From contig JBDLIE010000040.1 of assembly GCA_039715015.1 (NCBI GenBank), positions 1 to 24,221 on the forward strand: 24,221 bases of DNA, given 5' to 3'. The position numbers and the translations under genes were made by a program. The stretch's first letter is position 1. The number at the start of each line of letters is the position of its first letter. The DNA comes from Thermodesulfobacteriota bacterium (GTDB lineage: Bacteria > Desulfobacterota > Desulfobulbia > Desulfobulbales > SURF-16). The notes under the pieces were generated by a model. It did not search any database, was not told where the DNA came from, and saw only the letters and a program-made list of their open reading frames with translations. Positions 16,967 through 24,221 of the stretch are shown here, one piece after another.

Positions 16967-18625
16967 ATGGAAAACAGCCTTCAAGTTCAACAGCGAACCA
17001 TTGAATTAGTCACAGAACTTCTTGCTGAGGAGTATGATTCTTTAGGACCCCAGGAAAAAATCTTCAATGACATTTCCGGTCTTTTCAAGGGCTTCTGGAC
17101 TGAATACCAGGCATGCCAGGTAGGCTATCATACCTTTCAACACGCCCTTGATGTCACCCTTGCAGCCATTCGGATGGCTGCCGGCTGGAACGCCCTTCAC
17201 CCAAACGACTGTATCTCTCCCGAAAATATCGAAGCACTTCTTTACAGCGGTTTGTTCCATGATTCAGGCTACATCAAAGATAAAGATGACAATGACGGAC
17301 TCGGTGGCAAATACACCTTTGATCACACCGATCGCAGCAAGAAAGTCGCCAGATCTTACCTGACTCGCAAAAATAAAGACCCCGAGTTAATCGATCTTGT
17401 TGATCTCATCATTGAGGTTACAGATTTCGGCGGTAAGCCGGATCTTTCTGTGTTTTCTTCCGCCGAACAAGGCATCGTGGCGAGGATGGTGGCATCTGCT
17501 GACCTCATTGCCCAAATGGCTGACATAGACTACATGAGCCGCCTCCATGATCTTCATAATGAATTCCTGGAAGCCTATGACTTTATCGGCAGAGAAAAGC
17601 TGCAGGAACAAGGCATTCATACCTATGAATCTTTTGAGGACATCCTCAACGAAACAGTCTCTTTTTACGAAAATATTATCCTGCCCCGACTCGAATATCT
17701 TGGCCGGATGGACCAGTACCTCATCGCCTTCTTCGGTGAGGGCCGTAACCCCTATCTGGAAAATATTATCGCCAATCTCTCCGCCCAGATGCAGGCCGGC
17801 CAAGTTAAATGGCAGAGGCTGGGAGAAATTCTCCAGGAGCTCGGTTTAGTTTCCCAAGAGGTTATCCAGGAAGCCCTCCTGCGCCAGCAGGATCATAATA
17901 GTGGTGCACCAACAATACGCCATGCAACCGGTGATCAGCTTCGTGAACGTCTTTTCCAATGGGCTGACGCCACCAATAAGTCAAAGCAGCTTGGTGATGT
18001 TTTAATGGAAATGAATGCCGTGGAACCCTCCACCCTTCGCCATGGTATTCTGGCCCAACTTATGCCTCCTAAGCTTTTGAGTAAATTGAGCCGTAACGAG
18101 CTGATATTCTTACTTAACACCTCACTTCTTGTTCAAAATAGTCAAAATGACCCCTGGGTTTTTAACCAGATCCTTGAAATGATAAATGAGCAGATGGATT
18201 GCAAGAGCTGCTCTTTGTTTCTTGCAGACCGCGATGCCCACAGTCTTATTCTAGCCCTCCAGGCAGGAACAAGCACCAGGGAGCTCAAACAGAAATTTGA
18301 AATTGATAAAGGCCTGATCGGCTGGGTATATTCCCATGGCCGAACCGCCTATCTTGCCAAGGGTATGCTTGTCGATCAATTTGCCGTGGAACAGGCTGCA
18401 CCTATCTCAGAAGAGGTGGGTTCGCTCCTCACAATTCCAGTCTATATTAGCGGTGAACTTGTTGGAGTTATGGAACTTGCCGAAAAGACAACAGGCGCCT
18501 TTTCCAGCCGCGATGCTGACATCATGACCGTGGTCACCAATATCCTGGCCAGCCTTCTCTTAGTCATCAGTCAGGGCATGGCCCTTTCTCAACCCGGTGG
18601 AGATGGGGCTAACAAAGGCAAATAG
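16967..18625 (+). CDS. HD-domain metal-dependent phosphohydrolase fused to MshEN-like c-di-GMP-binding motifs and a C-terminal GAF domain
   Basis: YHTFQHALDV, LFHDSGYIK, HTDRS and ADL form the HD fold. RLGEILQELGLVSQEVIQEALLRQ and QLGDVLMEMNAVEPSTLRHGILAQ are MshEN-like. GLIGWV..G, SLLTIPVYISGELVGVMEL..K...AFS..D indicate GAF. ATG 16967 preferred to TTG 16820. Confidence 0.8.
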   Translation: MENSLQVQQRTIELVTELLAEEYDSLGPQEKIFNDISGLFKGFWTEYQACQVGYHTFQHALDVTLAAIRMAAGWNALHPNDCISPENIEALLYSGLFHDSGYIKDKDDNDGLGGKYTFDHTDRSKKVARSYLTRKNKDPELIDLVDLIIEVTDFGGKPDLSVFSSAEQGIVARMVASADLIAQMADIDYMSRLHDLHNEFLEAYDFIGREKLQEQGIHTYESFEDILNETVSFYENIILPRLEYLGRMDQYLIAFFGEGRNPYLENIIANLSAQMQAGQVKWQRLGEILQELGLVSQEVIQEALLRQQDHNSGAPTIRHATGDQLRERLFQWADATNKSKQLGDVLMEMNAVEPSTLRHGILAQLMPPKLLSKLSRNELIFLLNTSLLVQNSQNDPWVFNQILEMINEQMDCKSCSLFLADRDAHSLILALQAGTSTRELKQKFEIDKGLIGWVYSHGRTAYLAKGMLVDQFAVEQAAPISEEVGSLLTIPVYISGELVGVMELAEKTTGAFSSRDADIMTVVTNILASLLLVISQGMALSQPGGDGANKGK

Positions 18626-18682
18626 TCTTTCTTTGTTCCACATCTACTCTTTTAGCCCCCCTCTTCTTCCTAAGATATCTCT

Positions 18683-20470
18683 ATGAAAATGCGCTCATTT
18701 GCCAACAACATTCTGTTTATTTGCATGCTATTGGTCCCTGGTTACGCGCATGCTGGCCATGGCGTCTCCATTGATGGCATTTTGAAATATCCGGCGAATT
18801 TCAGCCATTTTGACTATGTCTCCCCTGATGCCCGAAAAGGTGGTGACCTTGTCCTTCATGCCTTAGGCAGTTTTGACAAATTCAACCCCTATACCCTAAA
18901 GGGTGTTGCACCAGACGGCATGAATGAGCTGGTTTTTGAGACCTTAACCATCAACAGTATGGATGAGACATTTGCAAGGTACAGTCTCATTGCCAAAGAC
19001 ATCGAACTGGCAGCGGATAAGAAATCCATTCTCTTTACCCTGGACTCCCGAGCACGTTTTTCAGATGGGAGCCCCGTTACTGCAGAAGATGTCAAATTTT
19101 CCCTGGAGACCTTGAAGAGTGGTGAAGCGCACCCATTTTTCTCCTCCTATTTTCAAGACATCAGTCACGCCGAGATACTTTCTCCCCGCCAAATCCGTTT
19201 TTATTTCGCTCGTCCCAACAGAGAAATACATATGATTGCCTGTGAACTGCCGGTGTTTTCCAAGAAATTCTACAGCGCCCATCCTTTTAATGAAAAAGGC
19301 CTTGTGCCTCCCATTGCCTCCGGGCCTTACACAGTGGAAAATTTCTCAAACGGCAAAAGTATTACCTTTAAACGAAACCCTGACTACTGGGCCTTTGATC
19401 ACCCGACCCGACGGGGCATGTTTAATTTTGAGTCCATCACCTTTAAATTCTTCAAGGACCAGATCGTCTCGGTGGAGGCCTTTAAAGCAGGCGATTTTGA
19501 CTTCATGCAGGTCAATATTGCCAAACAATGGGCCAGGGATATGAAGGGGGGGCATTTCGAAACCGGTGCAATCCAGAAAAAATATCTAGAGCATAAGCGC
19601 AATGCCGGTATGCAGGGCTTTGTCTTTAACACCAGAAAACCAATTTTTACGGATCCGCGGGTGCGAGAGGCCTTGGTTCTCGCCTTTGATTTCAGTTGGA
19701 CCAACAACAGTCTCTTCTTTGGCCAGTATCAGCAAAGCTACAGCTACTTCAGCAACTCTATCTACGCTGCACCAGGTTTACCCTCCCAGGACGAACTCAA
19801 ACTGCTGTCACCCTTTAAAGAGTTGCTGCCAGCCGAGGTATTCAACAAACCATTAACCCCTGTCTCCACAGCCCAAAAAGGGAATCTACGTAACAACCTC
19901 CGCAAGGCAAAGGCACTTCTCAAGCAGGCAGGATGGTCATATAAAGACGGTGTCCTCCGTAACGACAAGGGTGAACCTTTCATCTTTGAGATTATGCTGG
20001 CCTCGCCCTCCTTTGAAAGGGTCATGGCCCCCTATGCCAGGAACCTTGAAAAACTGGGAATCCAGGCCTCTTACCGGACTATTGATGTCGCTCTCTATAT
20101 CCGCAATATGCGCACCTTTGATTACGATATGACCGTCTATGTCTTTGGCCAATCGCAATCACCTGGCAATGAGCAGCGCGACATGTGGGGCAGCGCTGCT
20201 GTTGACCAAAATGGCTCCCGTAACTATGCCGGGGTCAAGAGCGAAGTGGTGGACGCTCTGGTGGATAAAATTATATACGCCACCAGCCAGAATGAGTTGA
20301 CCACTGCTTGTCGTGCTCTGGACAGAGTTTTATGGTACGGATATTATGTGGTGCCCAACTGGTTTGCCCCAGCCCACCGGGTTGTCTACTGGAATAAATT
20401 TAACCGCCCTGAACAGGAACCTCTGTACTATTCACCCTTTGAGGCCCTGATGACCTGGTGGTTTAAGTAA
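18683..20470 (+). CDS. yejA: Peptide ABC transporter periplasmic binding protein, YejA type
   Basis: Signal peptide ending AHA, KYP.NFSHFDYV.PDA.KGG, RNPDYW, QSQSPGNEQR; family 5 solute-binding protein. Confidence 0.9.
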   Translation: MKMRSFANNILFICMLLVPGYAHAGHGVSIDGILKYPANFSHFDYVSPDARKGGDLVLHALGSFDKFNPYTLKGVAPDGMNELVFETLTINSMDETFARYSLIAKDIELAADKKSILFTLDSRARFSDGSPVTAEDVKFSLETLKSGEAHPFFSSYFQDISHAEILSPRQIRFYFARPNREIHMIACELPVFSKKFYSAHPFNEKGLVPPIASGPYTVENFSNGKSITFKRNPDYWAFDHPTRRGMFNFESITFKFFKDQIVSVEAFKAGDFDFMQVNIAKQWARDMKGGHFETGAIQKKYLEHKRNAGMQGFVFNTRKPIFTDPRVREALVLAFDFSWTNNSLFFGQYQQSYSYFSNSIYAAPGLPSQDELKLLSPFKELLPAEVFNKPLTPVSTAQKGNLRNNLRKAKALLKQAGWSYKDGVLRNDKGEPFIFEIMLASPSFERVMAPYARNLEKLGIQASYRTIDVALYIRNMRTFDYDMTVYVFGQSQSPGNEQRDMWGSAAVDQNGSRNYAGVKSEVVDALVDKIIYATSQNELTTACRALDRVLWYGYYVVPNWFAPAHRVVYWNKFNRPEQEPLYYSPFEALMTWWFK

Positions 20471-20508
20471 CTGATCTTCTCTCTCAAATACAAGGCTGCC
20501 CCCTATCC

Positions 20509-21564
20509 ATGTTGAGTTATATTCTTCGCCGACTTCTCCTGATGATCCCTACCCTGTTCGGGATCATGCTTATCACCTTTACCATCACCCAGTTTGTACC
20601 GGGCGGGCCCGTGGAGAGGATGATCGCTAATCTTGAGTCAGGCGGAGCCCATGGCGGAGAGGTCGCACGTTCCACCAGCACCGTTTATCGTGGCAATAAA
20701 GGCCTTGACCAAGACCGTCTGGAAGAAATCAAGAAACTTTACGGTTTTGATAAGCCGGCCCACATCCGCTTTTTCACCATGATGAAAAATTATCTGCTCC
20801 TTGATTTCGGAGACAGCTATTATCATCATCGTAGTGTAACCTCGCTCGTAATTTCAAAACTGCCGGTCTCCATCTCCCTTGGTCTCTGGTCCTTTGTTAT
20901 TGTCTACGGGATCTGTATTCCCCTAGGCGTCAAAAAGGCCGTTCGTGACGGCTCTCGCTTTGATTTTATCTCATCAACGGTCATTCTGGTGGGCTACGCC
21001 ATCCCTGGCTTTGTCCTGGCCATCCTGCTCATCGTTCTTTTTGGCGGCGGTAGCTTCTGGAACCTATTTCCACTGCGCGGCCTGGTTTCTGATAACTTCA
21101 GCCAACTTCCCCTTTTTCATAAGGTGATGGACTATCTCTGGCATATGGCCCTGCCCATCACCTCAATGGCAGTCTCCAGCCTGGCCGTGATGACCATGCT
21201 CACCAAGAACTGCTTCCTTGAAGAGATCCGAAAACAATATGTGGTTACGGCCCGAGCCAAGGGCCTTAGCGAAAACCAGGTTCTCTACGGCCATATTTTC
21301 AGAAATGGTATTATTCCGTTGATCACCGGTTTTCCCGGTGCCTTTATCATGTCCTTTTTTACCGGCAGCCTGCTCATTGAGACCATTTTCTCTTTGGATG
21401 GCATGGGACTGCTGGCCTACGAGTCAATTTTGAACCGTGACTACCCGGTGGTCCTGGGGACCCTGTTTCTCTTCACCATCCTCGGTCTTATCGCCCGCCT
21501 GCTCTCTGATCTAAGCTATGTGGTGGTTGACCCCCGCATCACCTTTGACACCACAGCCAGTTAA
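20509..21564 (+). CDS. yejB: Peptide ABC transporter permease YejB
   Basis: YILRRLLLMIPTLFG, QFVPGGPVE, YGFDKPAH.RF, EAA-type loop YVVTARAKGL. Confidence 0.93.
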   Translation: MLSYILRRLLLMIPTLFGIMLITFTITQFVPGGPVERMIANLESGGAHGGEVARSTSTVYRGNKGLDQDRLEEIKKLYGFDKPAHIRFFTMMKNYLLLDFGDSYYHHRSVTSLVISKLPVSISLGLWSFVIVYGICIPLGVKKAVRDGSRFDFISSTVILVGYAIPGFVLAILLIVLFGGGSFWNLFPLRGLVSDNFSQLPLFHKVMDYLWHMALPITSMAVSSLAVMTMLTKNCFLEEIRKQYVVTARAKGLSENQVLYGHIFRNGIIPLITGFPGAFIMSFFTGSLLIETIFSLDGMGLLAYESILNRDYPVVLGTLFLFTILGLIARLLSDLSYVVVDPRITFDTTAS

Positions 21565-21576
21565 GGGGAAACAAAG

Positions 21577-22590
21577 ATGACGGTCAATCAATTACGCTGG
21601 CAAAAATTTAAGGCAAACCGGAGGGGATACATCAGCCTCATCCTCTTTATTATTCTTTTTGCGGCCAGCTTAGGAGCTGAGCTACTCAGTAACGATAAAC
21701 CCTTTCTGGTGCGCTACGAGGGTGGTTACTACCTGCCCTACGTCAATGAATATCCAGAAACCACCTTTGGTGGAGATTTTGAGACTCCCTGCGATTATCG
21801 TGATCCCTATATACTGGAAAAGATTACAGCTGGCGCCAATTACGCCTGGTTTCCCATAAACCCGCATAATTACAAATCAATAAACCAGGAACTGGACGTC
21901 CCGGTACCTTCACCTCCCACCAGAGAAAACCTGCTGGGCACTGATGATCGCGGCCGTGATGTTTTGGCCCGCCTGCTCTACGGTTTTCGGCTCTCCATCC
22001 TTTTTGGCTTAGCCCTCACTATTACCGGCACCCTTTTTGGGATTCTTGTTGGCTCCCTGCAAGGCTATTTCGGCGGCCGTATTGATCTTATCGGCCAGCG
22101 TTTTATTGAAATATGGAGCGCCATGCCAGAGCTTTACCTGCTCATTATCTTTGCCTCGATCTTTAAACCAAGCATATGGCTACTGCTTATTCTCCTTTCT
22201 CTCTTTGGCTGGATGGGCCTTTCTGACTATGTTCGTGCCGAGTTCCTGAAAGGACGTAACCTTGATTATGTCATGGCTGCAAGGGCCTTGGGGGTCGACA
22301 ACCTCACTATCATGTATCGCCATCTCCTGCCAAACGGCATGACGCCTGTTATTACCTTTCTGCCCTTCAGGATGTCCGGTGCAATTATCGCCCTCACCAG
22401 CCTTGATTTTCTTGGCCTGGGAGTACCACCGCCATCACCAAGCCTTGGAGAACTATTAGCCCAAGGCAAGGCAAATATAGATGCTTGGTGGATATCGCTT
22501 ACCACCTTCGGCGTCCTGGTGCTTACCCTCGTCCTGCTTATCTTTATTGGCGAGGCCTTAAGAGAAGCCTTTGACCCGAGGAAGGCCTGA
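21577..22590 (+). CDS. yejE: Peptide ABC transporter permease YejE
   Basis: FKANRRGYISL, YPETTFGGDFET, LGTDDRGRDVLARLLYGFR, TSLDFLGLG. Confidence 0.93.
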   Translation: MTVNQLRWQKFKANRRGYISLILFIILFAASLGAELLSNDKPFLVRYEGGYYLPYVNEYPETTFGGDFETPCDYRDPYILEKITAGANYAWFPINPHNYKSINQELDVPVPSPPTRENLLGTDDRGRDVLARLLYGFRLSILFGLALTITGTLFGILVGSLQGYFGGRIDLIGQRFIEIWSAMPELYLLIIFASIFKPSIWLLLILLSLFGWMGLSDYVRAEFLKGRNLDYVMAARALGVDNLTIMYRHLLPNGMTPVITFLPFRMSGAIIALTSLDFLGLGVPPPSPSLGELLAQGKANIDAWWISLTTFGVLVLTLVLLIFIGEALREAFDPRKA

Positions 22591-22591
22591 T

Positions 22592-24169
22592 ATGCTGACA
22601 ATTACAAATCTTTCAGGCGGCTTTCAGGCCCAAAAAGAGTACAGCCAGATCCTCCACGCCGTTAAGATGGATATTGGCCCGCAGGAATCTGTGGCCCTGG
22701 TTGGCGAGTCCGGCTCTGGGAAATCGGTGCTTGCCCACTCGATTCTCCAACTCCATGATAAGGAACAGTATCGGGCCAGCGGCGAGGTCCTCTTCCACGA
22801 AAAAAACCTCCTGACCTGTAGCGAACAGGAGATTATGGCCATACGCGGTAACCGGATCAGCATGATCTTCCAGGAACCAATGACGTCCCTGAACCCTGTC
22901 TATCCCATCGGCAAACAGCTCATGGAGCCTCTGCTCATCCATCGCGGCATGACAAAAATGGAGGCGGAAAAGGAGGCCCTGAAGCTTCTGGACCAAACCG
23001 GGATTAAGAACGGTCCTCAAAGAATGGCTGACTACCCACACCAGCTTTCAGGGGGGCAGCGTCAAAGGGTGATGATCAGCATGGCACTGGCCTGTCGCCC
23101 TGAACTTCTCATTGCCGATGAGCCCACCACAGCCCTTGATGTGACGATTCAGGCGCAGATCCTTGACCTCCTCCAGGAGCTTCAGGAGCATTACCAGATG
23201 GCCATCCTCCTCATTACCCATGACCTTAATATGGTAAAGCAGGTGGCCGGCCGTGTCTCCATCATGAAGGATGGCCGCATCGTTGAACATGGCAATACAG
23301 AGAAGATTTTCTCCGACCCCAAGGAAGAGTACACCCGCCACCTCCTCTCCTCTGTACCCCATGGTGAACAGGTAGCGCGCACGGATAAACCGGAACTTCT
23401 CAAGATCAAAAACATGCGCTGCGCCTTCCCCATCAAGAAAGGTTTTTTCAAACGTAAAGTCGACGAGATAGTAGCAGTTGACAATGTAAACCTTTCAATA
23501 AAGGAAGGGACTACCTATGGCATTGTCGGCGAGTCTGGTTCAGGAAAATCAACCCTGGGTTATTCCCTTCTTCGCCTGATAAATGCTGAGGGAAACATCT
23601 TCTTTGCAGGTGAAGATATTAGAGAGTACAGCCCTAAAGAAATGCGGGCACTGAGGGCCAGGCTGCAAATCGTTTTTCAAGACCCTTTCTCCTCCCTGTC
23701 TCCACGGCTTACCATTGGCCAGATTGTCGGAGAAGGACTGGATGTCCATAACATCGGCGATTCTGGGCAAGAAAGAGACGCCCTTGTGACCAAGGCCCTG
23801 GAGGAAGTTGGTCTAGATGCACAGATGGCTGGCCGTTATCCCCACGAGTTTTCAGGCGGCCAACGTCAGCGCATTGCCATTGCCCGGGCCATTGCCTTAA
23901 AACCAAAATTCATTGTCATGGATGAGCCCACCAGCGCCTTGGACATGACTATCCAGGCCCAAATCATCCGCCTGCTTCGAGACTTACAGGAGAAGTATAA
24001 TATCGCCTATATGTTTATTTCCCACGATTTACGGGTGGTACGGGCCCTTGCCGACGAAATTGCAGTGATGAAGGATGGCAGGATCATTGAACAGGGCACA
24101 ACCCAGGAGATTTTCGGCAAGCCTTCCAATGAGTATACCCAAAAACTCTTTGCCGCTGCCGGCTTCTAA
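22592..24169 (+). CDS. yejF: Peptide ABC transporter fused double ATPase YejF
   Basis: Two GESGSGKS Walker A motifs, YPHQLSGGQRQR and YPHEFSGGQRQR. ATG 22592 lies just after the yejE stop. Confidence 0.92.
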   Translation: MLTITNLSGGFQAQKEYSQILHAVKMDIGPQESVALVGESGSGKSVLAHSILQLHDKEQYRASGEVLFHEKNLLTCSEQEIMAIRGNRISMIFQEPMTSLNPVYPIGKQLMEPLLIHRGMTKMEAEKEALKLLDQTGIKNGPQRMADYPHQLSGGQRQRVMISMALACRPELLIADEPTTALDVTIQAQILDLLQELQEHYQMAILLITHDLNMVKQVAGRVSIMKDGRIVEHGNTEKIFSDPKEEYTRHLLSSVPHGEQVARTDKPELLKIKNMRCAFPIKKGFFKRKVDEIVAVDNVNLSIKEGTTYGIVGESGSGKSTLGYSLLRLINAEGNIFFAGEDIREYSPKEMRALRARLQIVFQDPFSSLSPRLTIGQIVGEGLDVHNIGDSGQERDALVTKALEEVGLDAQMAGRYPHEFSGGQRQRIAIARAIALKPKFIVMDEPTSALDMTIQAQIIRLLRDLQEKYNIAYMFISHDLRVVRALADEIAVMKDGRIIEQGTTQEIFGKPSNEYTQKLFAAAGF

Positions 24170-24221
24170 GGATTTCCATCAAAGCCTCAGCGTAGCTTTT
24201 CGGCGGTGAAGCTATCATTAA

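Noticed and set aside
16967..17800. HD-GYP c-di-GMP phosphodiesterase
   Set aside because: No HHExxDGxGYP motif, so substrate cannot be assigned.
24193..24214. Terminator after yejF (TAGCTT...AAGCTA)
   Set aside because: Weak stem, no U tract and at the window edge.

Overview
A 24.2-kb window from what looks like a sulfate/sulfur-cycle deltaproteobacterium (Desulfobacterota-like, inferred from gene style only). Left ~6.1 kb is the end of a probable genomic island: the 5' ~5 kb of a giant minus-strand secreted protein built from DUF11/isopeptide-type Ig-like repeats (missed by the ORF track because it runs off the window), a c-di-GMP-I-riboswitch-like leader that has lost its P2 arm, an IS3-family stub, and a degenerate 3' half of tRNA-Thr(CGT) that reads as the att boundary. 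The rest is mostly housekeeping: an intact c-di-GMP-I (GEMM-I) riboswitch before an RhlB-like DEAD-box helicase and a cold-shock gene, fetAB, a cyclophilin, a YgiQ radical SAM gene paired with a DUF3524/GTDC1-like glycosyltransferase, leuCD, an HD-MshEN-GAF protein and yejABEF. Standouts: an orphan magnetosome-type mamK that appears to be a decaying pseudogene (lost start, catalytic Glu to Lys, +1 frameshift), a cluster of cyclic-dinucleotide elements including the unusual HD-MshEN-GAF architecture, and a 107-nt strand-specific rod-like hairpin next to the leuD stop.
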